From an uncultured Bacteroidales bacterium (GTDB lineage Bacteria > Bacteroidota > Bacteroidia > Bacteroidales > GWA2-32-17): a stretch of DNA of 64,000 nucleotides. The position numbers and the translations under genes are program-made. Where the stretch lies: positions 16,405 to 80,404 of the forward strand of contig CALGPK010000009.1 in assembly GCA_937960415.1 (NCBI GenBank), read 5' to 3'. This document shows, piece after piece, positions 35,991-44,621 of this stretch (its first letter is position 1; the number at the start of each line of letters is the position of its first letter). Below the pieces are notes generated by a model, which had not been told where the DNA came from, made no database searches, and saw only the letters and a list, made by a program, of their open reading frames with translations.

Positions 35991-36980
35991 ATGAGTACGT
36001 ATATTTTATCGGGCTCGCCCCATGTGCATGATACGCAGGATGTAAAAAAAATCATGTGGGGAGTAGTGTATGCCCTTATTCCTGCATTTTTAGTATCGGT
36101 GTATTTCTTTGGTATACCGGCACTTATGCTCTCACTATTGGCTGTAGCATCGTGTTTGTTGTTCGAATTTTTAATTCAAAAATATTTGTTTAAAAGTTCA
36201 GAATTAACCATTACCGACGGTTCGGCAGTAATTACAGGCTTGCTGCTAGCATTTAATGTTCCAAGTAGTTTGCCGTGGTGGCAAATAGTTGTTGGTAGTT
36301 TGGTTGCCATAGGAGCGGCTAAAATGACGTTTGGCGGTTTGGGCAAAAATCCATTTAATCCTGCCCTTGTTGGACGTGTGTTTTTATTAATATCGTTTCC
36401 AGTCGATATGACTACATGGCCTAAAGTTTCGCCGTTAAATACCAGTCTTACTGATGTTATAACCGGTCCTACATCGTTAGGTATTATTAAAGAAGGATTG
36501 ATGAAAGGTGAAAGTATCGGTAAACTTATGCAAAATGTTCCGACTTATACCGATATGTTTGTAGGTAATATAGGTGGTTCGTTGGGCGAAATTTCTGCCA
36601 TTGCTATTCTTATAGGTGGTATATATATGTTGGTTCGCAAAATCATTACCTGGCATATTCCTGTTTCATATATTCTATCGGTTTTTGTATTTACGGGAAT
36701 TTTGTGGCTCATTAATCCAGAAAAGTATGCCGATCCTGTGTTTCATTTATTGGCTGGTGGTTTGATGTTAGGTGCTGTGTTTATGGCAACCGATATGGTT
36801 ACATCGCCGGTTAATCACAAAGCACAGCTAATATTTGGAGTAGGTTGCGGTGTACTTACTGTTCTGATTCGTGTATGGGGAGCTTATCCCGAAGGAGTTT
36901 CGTTTGCTATTCTGATTATGAATGCTGCTACTCCACTGTTGAATAATATGGTTAAACCAAAACGTTTTGGAGGGGCTTAG
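35991..36980 (+). CDS. rnfD: Rnf complex subunit D
   Basis: Polytopic NqrB/RnfD protein with FMATDMVTSP (covalent FMN threonine context). Confidence 0.93.
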   Translation: MSTYILSGSPHVHDTQDVKKIMWGVVYALIPAFLVSVYFFGIPALMLSLLAVASCLLFEFLIQKYLFKSSELTITDGSAVITGLLLAFNVPSSLPWWQIVVGSLVAIGAAKMTFGGLGKNPFNPALVGRVFLLISFPVDMTTWPKVSPLNTSLTDVITGPTSLGIIKEGLMKGESIGKLMQNVPTYTDMFVGNIGGSLGEISAIAILIGGIYMLVRKIITWHIPVSYILSVFVFTGILWLINPEKYADPVFHLLAGGLMLGAVFMATDMVTSPVNHKAQLIFGVGCGVLTVLIRVWGAYPEGVSFAILIMNAATPLLNNMVKPKRFGGA

Positions 36981-36981
36981 T

Positions 36982-37548
36982 ATGCAAAAGTTAGCTTCAA
37001 CATTGCCCAATATGGTTTTATCGCTAACAACTATTTCGGTAGTTATGGCTCTGGCATTGAGTTTTGTTTACCAAAAAACAAAAGGTCCTATTGAGCGAAG
37101 TAAACAAGCCAAAATAACCAATGCTATTGCCGAAGTTTTGCCCGAGTTTGATAATAATCCTGTTGAGGACAAATTATCCGTTGAGGGCGAAAAGGTGATT
37201 GTTTATAGAGCTACTAAAAATGGTGAATGGGTTGGTTCGGCAGTAAAAACCTATACCGATAAAGGTTTTTCTGGAGAATTTATACTAATGGTTGGTTTCT
37301 TACCAGATGGTTCCATATACAATATTTCTGTCATAGAGCAAAAAGAAACTCCCGGTTTGGGGACCAAAATGGGAGAGTCTAAATTTAAAGATCAGTTTAA
37401 GCAAAAGAATCCCGAAAAAAATAATTTAACAGTTAAGAAAGATGGCGGCGAAATAGATGCTATAACAGCCAGTACGATAACATCACGTGCTTTTTGTGAT
37501 GCTGTTAGTCGTGCTTATGAAGCTTTTAAAAAAGGAGGTGCCCAATGA
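36982..37548 (+). CDS. rnfG: Rnf complex subunit G
   Basis: Single TM plus FMN-binding domain with the IDAITASTITSRA motif. The ATG at 36982 directly follows the rnfD stop. The ORF-track start at 36967 is TTG. Confidence 0.9.
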   Translation: MQKLASTLPNMVLSLTTISVVMALALSFVYQKTKGPIERSKQAKITNAIAEVLPEFDNNPVEDKLSVEGEKVIVYRATKNGEWVGSAVKTYTDKGFSGEFILMVGFLPDGSIYNISVIEQKETPGLGTKMGESKFKDQFKQKNPEKNNLTVKKDGGEIDAITASTITSRAFCDAVSRAYEAFKKGGAQ

Positions 37549-38138
37549 ATTACTTAAAAGAATTTACCAAAGGTTTTATCAAGGAAAATCCTTTGTTAGT
37601 ATTAGCCTTAGGGATGTGCCCTTCGCTGGCAGTTACTACTTCGGCTATCAATGGATTAGGTATGGGAGTTGCTTCAACTTTTGTGTTGTTTATGTCGAAT
37701 ATGCTGGTTGCCTTGTTGAAAAATGTAATTCCCAACAAAGTTCGTATCCCTGCGTTTATCGTTATTATTGCAACGTTTGTTACAATAGTAGATTTAACGA
37801 TGAATGCTTTTCTGCCCGATTTATATAAGGCTTTAGGTATCTTTATTCCTTTAATTGTGGTAAATTGCATCATCCTTGGTCGCGCAGAAGCCTTTGCTCA
37901 AAAAAACAATGTGCTTGTTTCAATGTTAGATGGTCTGGGAATGGGATTGGGTTTTACTATGGCCATTTTTACCGTAGGCTCTATTAGAGAAATTTTAGGC
38001 AATGGTTCATTCTTCAACGTTAAATTTGTAACAGAAGATGCCAGTACAGTCCTTCTTTTTATTATGCCTCCGGGTGCATTTATTACCTTAGGTTATATAA
38101 TGATGTTAATGAATAAATTAAAATCAAAACTGTATTAA
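37545..38138 (+). CDS. rnfE: Rnf complex subunit E
   Basis: NqrD/RnfE-type six-helix membrane protein (GMCPSLAVTTS, IPLIVVNCIILGRAEAFA). Confidence 0.92.
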   Translation: MNYLKEFTKGFIKENPLLVLALGMCPSLAVTTSAINGLGMGVASTFVLFMSNMLVALLKNVIPNKVRIPAFIVIIATFVTIVDLTMNAFLPDLYKALGIFIPLIVVNCIILGRAEAFAQKNNVLVSMLDGLGMGLGFTMAIFTVGSIREILGNGSFFNVKFVTEDASTVLLFIMPPGAFITLGYIMMLMNKLKSKLY

Positions 38139-38150
38139 AAACTAACGACT

Positions 38151-38726
38151 ATGGATATTGTGAATATTATCATATTAGCCTTATTGGTAAATAACGTTGT
38201 TTTAGCCCAGTTTTTAGGTATATGCCCATTTTTAGGTGTTTCGCAAAAAATTTCTACTTCATTTGGTATGGGAGCTGCTGTGGTATTTGTTATGACTATT
38301 GCAAATTTGTTTACATATCTGATTTTCAACTTTGTGCTGGCTACTTTCCATATACAATTTATGCAAACCATCACTTTTATTTTGGTTATTGCTTCACTTG
38401 TTCAAATTGTTGAAATTATCTTAAAGAAAGTTAGCCCTCCGTTATATCAAGCATTAGGTATTTATCTGCCTTTGATTACTACCAACTGTGCTGTATTAGG
38501 TACAGCAATAATTGCTATCACCCAAAACTACAATTTAGTAGAGAGTTTAGTATATGCTATATCAACAGGTTTGGGATTTACATTAGCATTGCTGTTAATG
38601 GCAGGTATACGCGAACAACTTGAATTAACAGGAGTTCCCAAAGCCATGCGAGGTTTTCCTATTACATTGATTACAGCCGGTATGCTTTCTCTTGCATTTA
38701 TGGGTTTTGCCGGATTGGTTAAATAA
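38151..38726 (+). CDS. rnfA: Rnf complex subunit A
   Basis: NqrE/RnfA-type membrane protein ([22 protein letters not shown]). Confidence 0.92.
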   Translation: MDIVNIIILALLVNNVVLAQFLGICPFLGVSQKISTSFGMGAAVVFVMTIANLFTYLIFNFVLATFHIQFMQTITFILVIASLVQIVEIILKKVSPPLYQALGIYLPLITTNCAVLGTAIIAITQNYNLVESLVYAISTGLGFTLALLLMAGIREQLELTGVPKAMRGFPITLITAGMLSLAFMGFAGLVK

Positions 38727-38768
38727 TTACTTTTTTTCGAGCAAGGTTTTTTGTTATAGAATTTTATT

Positions 38769-38776
38769 TACTTTTG
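38769..38776 (+). promoter_or_regulatory. Candidate -7 box (TActTTTG) for the LysM-PBP gene
   Basis: 21 nt upstream of the ATG at 38798. Confidence 0.45.
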
Positions 38777-38797
38777 CGAATAGAAGGTGTTTTTATC

Positions 38798-40729
38798 ATG
38801 AGGTATGCTCGTGCAATAATGGGTATTTTATTACTTAATTTTATATTTAATTGCTCTAATGTATCGGCTCAGGAAGTCAAAAAATCGTCGGAAATAGAAG
38901 TTATTCAAGGAAAAAAATATTACATACATACGGTACAGAAAGGCGAAACGCTTTATGGAATAGCCAGAGCATACGAAGTAAGCATGGATGCCATTGCCTA
39001 TGAAAATCCTGATGTGTTTCAGGGGATAAAACCCGATCAGAAATTAAAAATTCCCATTTTAGCTACTCCATACCAACAAAAAGAACACGAAGTTCAAAAA
39101 GGTGAAACCCTATACGGAATTGCCAAAAAGTATAATACCACCATAGAAGAAATTGTACAGTTAAATCCCGATGTATCTAAAGGGATAAAACCCGGACAGA
39201 AGCTCATTATTCCTGTTCGAACTATAACATCGGCAGATTATGAGAACTCAAAGCCTGTTAATGAAATTGTATCTAAATCGACAACAATAAAACACGTTGT
39301 TAAAAAAGGCGAAACGGTTTATGGTATATGCAAGATGTACAACATTTCGGAGGAAAAGCTTTATGAATTGAACCCCATTATTAAGCAAAAGAACTTACAA
39401 ATAGGACAAGAGCTTATTATTCAATCATCTGCAAAATTAACCGAGCAGCCTACCAAAGTTTCGAAAGAAACTCAAATAGTCGAAACTGAAACAAAAGTTA
39501 TTTCATCACAGCAAGAAAACAAAGAAATTGATTGCCATCATTCCTTACAACCTAGACAAACTGTCAGAATTGCGATGCTTATTCCTTTACAAAACGATGC
39601 AGCTATTTTAGATGAAGAAGAGAGCTCTACCGATCCGAATTTAAAATTATTTCCAAAATCTTATCTTGAATTTTACGAAGGTTTTTTGATGGCAATGGAT
39701 ACGATACGGAAAACAGGATTAAATGTGGAATTGTATCAATATGAAGTTAAACGTGATTCCACTAAAATAAACAACCTTTTGCAGGATCATAACTTACAAA
39801 CAGTTGATTTGATAATTGGTCCTTTTTACGATCATATTTTCGAAATGGTTGCTTCGTGGGCCGAAAGTAAGCAAATACCCGTAATAAACCCCGTGCTATC
39901 ATCCAATAAATCGTTGTTTTTAAACAACAATGTTATCCAACTTAATACAACATTAAATTCTCAGATAGAACAATATGCTCGTTATTTAGCATCGTTCGAT
40001 AGTTTGCATTTAGTATTAGTTTATTCTAATTCAACAGAGGATCAGCAAATAACAAGTATTTTTAAAAAGCAATATTTACTGTTTTTTACCGATAATTTTT
40101 CAACAAAGCTTCCTTCGGTTAGGGAAGTTAATTATCATCAGGCTGGATTTGATGGGTTGGAGAAAGCACTGCATCGTAACAAGATAAATGTTGTTTTTGT
40201 TTCTTCACAGTCGCAAGTGTTTGTAATTAATTTGATGACGAAGCTTAACGAACTTACCAAATCTTATAAATTATTATTGACTTATATGCCAACATGGAAA
40301 AAATTTGAAAACAATATAGAACTCGAACATCTTTTTAATTTAAATACACACGCATTTCAACCTTTTTACATAGATTATCTCCGATTCGATGTCATAAATT
40401 TTGTTCGTCAATATCGTTTTTATTACAAAATTGAGCCAAGTCGGTTGAGTTTTTTAGGTTATGATGCAGGTGTTTATTTCTTATCACTTTTAAGAAAATA
40501 TGGTAAGCAATTTTACTCGTGCATCAATCATGCTGATGTTAATCCTCTTTCGGCTTATTTTTATTTTGAAAGAAGTGGTAAAAAAGGTGGACTCGAAAAT
40601 AAAGGATTATTTATTTTGTACTTTGATCGTATGAACAATAGCATGATTTTGACAAACGTGGTTGCCGATAAATTGCGAATGCCTTTGTCGATGCCTGCCA
40701 TAGAAGTAAGGAAAGTGCAGAAGTATTAG
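38798..40729 (+). CDS. Secreted protein with three LysM domains fused to a type-1 periplasmic-binding-protein-like domain
   Basis: Signal peptide (MRYARAIMGILLLNFIFNCSNVSAQ). Three copies of (V/H)xV(Q/K)KGETLYGIA...LNP...(I/L)KPGQKL(K/I)IP. The C-terminal ~380 aa (VRIAMLIPL...) resembles the LivK/PBP1 fold. The ORF-track TTG start at 38774 overlaps the -7 box, so I used the ATG at 38798. Confidence 0.78.
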   Translation: MRYARAIMGILLLNFIFNCSNVSAQEVKKSSEIEVIQGKKYYIHTVQKGETLYGIARAYEVSMDAIAYENPDVFQGIKPDQKLKIPILATPYQQKEHEVQKGETLYGIAKKYNTTIEEIVQLNPDVSKGIKPGQKLIIPVRTITSADYENSKPVNEIVSKSTTIKHVVKKGETVYGICKMYNISEEKLYELNPIIKQKNLQIGQELIIQSSAKLTEQPTKVSKETQIVETETKVISSQQENKEIDCHHSLQPRQTVRIAMLIPLQNDAAILDEEESSTDPNLKLFPKSYLEFYEGFLMAMDTIRKTGLNVELYQYEVKRDSTKINNLLQDHNLQTVDLIIGPFYDHIFEMVASWAESKQIPVINPVLSSNKSLFLNNNVIQLNTTLNSQIEQYARYLASFDSLHLVLVYSNSTEDQQITSIFKKQYLLFFTDNFSTKLPSVREVNYHQAGFDGLEKALHRNKINVVFVSSQSQVFVINLMTKLNELTKSYKLLLTYMPTWKKFENNIELEHLFNLNTHAFQPFYIDYLRFDVINFVRQYRFYYKIEPSRLSFLGYDAGVYFLSLLRKYGKQFYSCINHADVNPLSAYFYFERSGKKGGLENKGLFILYFDRMNNSMILTNVVADKLRMPLSMPAIEVRKVQKY

Positions 40730-41694
40730 AAGTGATGCTCTATAATGTGTGTAAGTAGTTCCTGCATACTTATGCCATAATGTTGTGCCTGTTGTGGAAT
40801 AATGCTGGCTTCGGACATGCCAGGAATGGTATTTATTTCAAGAAAATAAAGCTGTTCGTTTCTTATAATATAATCGATTCTTACAACTCCTTTGCATCCC
40901 AAAAAATCGTATATTTGTGAAGTAAACTGCTGGCAAGTTTTGTAAACATGTTGAGGAATTCGGGCAGGTGTTATTTCTTCGGACATTCCGGGCGTGTATT
41001 TGGCTTCATAGTCGAAAAATTCTTTTTTAGGAACAATTTCGGTTACCGGTAAAACAGCCGAAAAAGATTTGGTTTTAACAACTCCGCACGAAATTTCTAT
41101 GCCTTGAATGTATTCTTCAATAATTACTTCGTTGTCTTCGTCAAATGCTGTTTTTAGAGCTTTTTCGAAGTCTTCTATGGTTTTTACTTTCGATGTACCA
41201 CAACTGCTACCACCATTATTAGGCTTGACAAATACAGGTAAGCCCAGTTGCTTGATGATTTGATATACGTCGATGGCTTCGTTTTTTCTGATAAGTATCG
41301 ATTTGGCAAGATTGACAGGCAAGGGGGTAATGGACATTTTGCAAAAATACTTGTTAAAAGTAAGAGCCGAAATTAACGAAGGGCAGGTAGAATGGGGTAT
41401 GCCAAGCATTTCAAGGTAACCTGGCAATAAGCCATTTTCGCCAGGTGTGCCATGAATCATAATGTATGCAAAATCGAATTTGATGATGTTTCCGTTTTCG
41501 TGCAATCCAAAAGTATTCAAATCTATTTGTTTACCATTGCGGTCGGGATAAAAAAAACCATCTTTGCAGACTAATATCGGATAAACCTGATAACGATTTT
41601 TGTCGAGCCAATTGACAACCTGACGAGAACTTTTGACCGAAATTTCGTATTCCGACGAATAACCACCGTATAAAACTGCTATATTACGTTTCAT
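40726..41694 (-). CDS. ddl: D-alanine--D-alanine ligase
   Basis: IAVLYGGYSSEYEISVKS N-terminus, ATP-grasp body and EINTIPGMSE motif. Confidence 0.92.
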   Translation of the reverse strand: MKRNIAVLYGGYSSEYEISVKSSRQVVNWLDKNRYQVYPILVCKDGFFYPDRNGKQIDLNTFGLHENGNIIKFDFAYIMIHGTPGENGLLPGYLEMLGIPHSTCPSLISALTFNKYFCKMSITPLPVNLAKSILIRKNEAIDVYQIIKQLGLPVFVKPNNGGSSCGTSKVKTIEDFEKALKTAFDEDNEVIIEEYIQGIEISCGVVKTKSFSAVLPVTEIVPKKEFFDYEAKYTPGMSEEITPARIPQHVYKTCQQFTSQIYDFLGCKGVVRIDYIIRNEQLYFLEINTIPGMSEASIIPQQAQHYGISMQELLTHIIEHHF

Positions 41695-41801
41695 GTTTTT
41701 TTCATTAAAGATATGTTATAGCAGAGTTTTTGTTTCTGAATTTTCTTAAAAGTTATTAACCAAATGTTTTTAATTTTTGCTTGGTTTATTGTTGAAAAGG
41801 T

Positions 41802-41809
41802 TAATTTTG
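41802..41809 (+). promoter_or_regulatory. Candidate -7 box (TAatTTTG) for the lipid kinase-rhomboid pair
   Basis: 23 nt upstream of the ATG at 41833. Confidence 0.45.
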
Positions 41810-41832
41810 TTGTGCAATAAACTCAGGGATGA

Positions 41833-42723
41833 ATGAGCAGAATTCGCATACTTGTAGTAGTAAATCCAGTAGCAGGCAAGGGGAAAGCAATGGTTGTGAA
41901 ACAGCAAATATACCATGCCTTGCAAGATCGCTTTGAACTGGATTATTTGATTTGGGAAGATGCTACTTTAAACGTAACAAGGCTTGTCGTTGAGCAATTA
42001 AATGCAAGGAAGTATATGTATGTACTGGTTGTGGGTGGCGATGGAACCGTAAATCAAGTATCTAAAGCTTTGATAAATAGAAGTGAGACGCTGGTAATAA
42101 TACCGGTGGGCTCAGGCAATGGTCTGGCTCGCCATCTTAACATACCGATGAAGACTCAAAAAGCAATTGAATTGTTGAATTATGGAAAACCTATTAGTAT
42201 TGATGTTATTAAATTGCCCGATGGTTATTCGTTTTGCACAACAGGTATTGGGTACGATGCTCATGTTGCTCATTTATTTGCCAGGGCAGGCAAGCGTGGT
42301 TGGTTCTCGTATGTTAGAATGGTTTTGCGTTCTTTTTTAACGTATGAACCACAGCAATACATTTTAACAAGCGATACGTTTAGTTTAAATCTTAAAGCAT
42401 TTTTTATTACTATAGCCAATGCTAATCAATGGGGTAATAATGTTAAAGTTGCCCCCAATGCTGTTATAGACGACGGTTTTTTGAATATCGTGGTGCTAAA
42501 ACCATTTAAATGGTTTCATTTGCCAGATCTGGTATTTAAATTGTTATTAGGTAATTTTTTAAAATCTAAGTGTGTAACGAACTTTATTTGTAAGAGAATT
42601 GAAATTCAAGCATCTCAAAAACAAGTTGAAGGACATTTTGATGGAGAACCGGTCATGTTTTCATCATCCGTTGTTTTTGAATGTATTCCTAAAACTGTTA
42701 ACGTTTTAGTGCCAGCAAAATGA
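41833..42723 (+). CDS. Diacylglycerol kinase-family lipid kinase (YegS/BmrU-like)
   Basis: VVNPVAGKGKA and VVGGDGTVNQV motifs of the DAGK catalytic domain. Confidence 0.85.
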   Translation: MSRIRILVVVNPVAGKGKAMVVKQQIYHALQDRFELDYLIWEDATLNVTRLVVEQLNARKYMYVLVVGGDGTVNQVSKALINRSETLVIIPVGSGNGLARHLNIPMKTQKAIELLNYGKPISIDVIKLPDGYSFCTTGIGYDAHVAHLFARAGKRGWFSYVRMVLRSFLTYEPQQYILTSDTFSLNLKAFFITIANANQWGNNVKVAPNAVIDDGFLNIVVLKPFKWFHLPDLVFKLLLGNFLKSKCVTNFICKRIEIQASQKQVEGHFDGEPVMFSSSVVFECIPKTVNVLVPAK

Positions 42724-43385
42724 TTATAAAAGAAAACATAGAAAAGAAAAGACTGTTTATTTCGTCTTACATTCCATTGTTGTATGTTCTTCTTATTTGG
42801 TTGATACATGTAGTTCAGTATTTGTTTAATTACGATTTAACTCATTTGGGTGTTTATCCTCAAAAAATAAAAGGTTTAGTGGGTATTTTATTTTCTCCGC
42901 TGATTCATGGCAGTTGGGAGCATTTAATGTCGAATTCTGTGCCTTTACTTGTGTTGGGCACTATGTTGTTTTACTTTTACCCTAAACCAGCATTTAAGGT
43001 TTTTTGGCTTTTGTATTTTGTAACGGGAATATGGGTTTGGTTTGGGGCGCGTCAGGCTTTTCACATCGGTTCGAGTGGGATGGTTTATGGGTTAGCTTCG
43101 TTTATATTTACGTGTGGTGTTGTTCTTAGAAATGTTTCGCTTTTGGCTGTATCATTATTGGTTGTATTTTTGTATGGTAGTATTATATGGGGAATATTTC
43201 CTATTAACTGGTCGTTTTCGTGGGAATCGCATTTGTCGGGTTTTGTGCTTGGTATCATATTGGCTATCTATTATAGGCAGGAAAATAAGTACTTAGAGCA
43301 AGTACCCGAATGGATGAACGAACCCGACGAAAACAACAATGATGATGAGTGGTATAGCAATGAAAACCTCGATCGTTTATCATAA
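42720..43385 (+). CDS. Rhomboid-family intramembrane serine protease
   Basis: Six TM helices, HGSWEHLMSN (WR/H region), GSSGMVYG catalytic Ser motif and downstream SHLSGFVLG His. 4-nt overlap with the lipid kinase gene. Confidence 0.82.
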   Translation: MIIKENIEKKRLFISSYIPLLYVLLIWLIHVVQYLFNYDLTHLGVYPQKIKGLVGILFSPLIHGSWEHLMSNSVPLLVLGTMLFYFYPKPAFKVFWLLYFVTGIWVWFGARQAFHIGSSGMVYGLASFIFTCGVVLRNVSLLAVSLLVVFLYGSIIWGIFPINWSFSWESHLSGFVLGIILAIYYRQENKYLEQVPEWMNEPDENNNDDEWYSNENLDRLS

Positions 43386-44621
43386 CTTTTTTGTTAGCGT
43401 AAACTGAAATGATAAATGATAGGGGTAGTTTTTTATAGCAAATATCAACGGGTTGGAAAAATACGCTAGTATGTTCCACTTGCTAAGTAGCTGGTAATTT
43501 ACTCTAATAAAGGGATTAAAATTTGAAAAACCAGCAAACGTGCTACCTACAATAAAACGTAATTGATTGTTAACAACTAAATGTTGACCAACATGTATTT
43601 CTGGTATTTTCAGCCCACTGTTAAAAATATACATGCAACCTATATCAGTTTTCATAAAAGTGTTATGGTTCCATTGTTTAGAAATGGAAAAACGAAAAAT
43701 TTCGGGCAGTCGCAAGTAATTTACAGCAGAATCGATAAACGATAGGTAGAATTGCTTCAGGCTGTCATTTTGTAACAATCCGTTCGACAAGGTTGGAGTT
43801 GACAAAATATTCTGAACTTCTAATCCTTCGAAAGTAAGACTGGTATCGATTCGGGCATATTGACTGCGTTTACCAAGCCGAATAAAGCCCAACTGATATG
43901 AAGAAAATGCAAAATCCATGGCAATGGGTTTTATCGTTAATTTCAGTGCTGTATTAAACGAAAGTCCGGGTTGATACTGTTTGCTTGCTTGATACAATCC
44001 TTTGACGTAGGTATTAATATACATTCCATCGTCGGCAGTGAAAATGTATCCTTCTGGTATGGATAGATATTGAACTTCGTTAAATATATGCATATTAATA
44101 TCGAATAAGGCTTTTATGCTAAACGATGGATTGTTTTGAAGTGTTTTATATACACCTATGCTGGCGGTACTATAATTAAGATAGTACATTTTCGAGACAT
44201 CGAACGATATTTTTTTACCTGCATAGGATTTGTTGCCAAACATAAGCATTTTTATCAAATCTTTCCGTGTAGAAATGGTACTAAACAATCGATGGTTAAA
44301 GTTGACATGCAATCCTAAATTGTCCATTCCAAACAAACTATCGGGTTTAAGATATGCATGCAATTCGTTGAACCATTCGTACAAAGCAAGAAAATGATTT
44401 TTTATTGGATTCGATTCTTTAGTGCTTATAGAAAGATATTCGTTTTTTTGCAATTGCTTAATGAAGGTTTTTGACAGGCTATTGCTTTGAATACTATACT
44501 GGCTGTTTAGCATAAAAAAATAAGAATCCGAATCGCTCGGCGAAAAAAAATCGTTGTACGGAAGTACTTGAGAAAAGACATTTATTGAAAGTAATATGCT
44601 AAAAGTAACAAGGTATTTCAT
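43380..44621 (-). CDS. Putative outer-membrane beta-barrel protein, unknown function
   Basis: 413 aa with signal peptide MKYLVTFSILLSINVFSQ. Amphipathic beta-strand pattern throughout. 4-nt (ATGA) overlap with the upstream lipoprotein gene. Confidence 0.68.
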   Translation of the reverse strand: MKYLVTFSILLSINVFSQVLPYNDFFSPSDSDSYFFMLNSQYSIQSNSLSKTFIKQLQKNEYLSISTKESNPIKNHFLALYEWFNELHAYLKPDSLFGMDNLGLHVNFNHRLFSTISTRKDLIKMLMFGNKSYAGKKISFDVSKMYYLNYSTASIGVYKTLQNNPSFSIKALFDINMHIFNEVQYLSIPEGYIFTADDGMYINTYVKGLYQASKQYQPGLSFNTALKLTIKPIAMDFAFSSYQLGFIRLGKRSQYARIDTSLTFEGLEVQNILSTPTLSNGLLQNDSLKQFYLSFIDSAVNYLRLPEIFRFSISKQWNHNTFMKTDIGCMYIFNSGLKIPEIHVGQHLVVNNQLRFIVGSTFAGFSNFNPFIRVNYQLLSKWNILAYFSNPLIFAIKNYPYHLSFQFTLTKKL

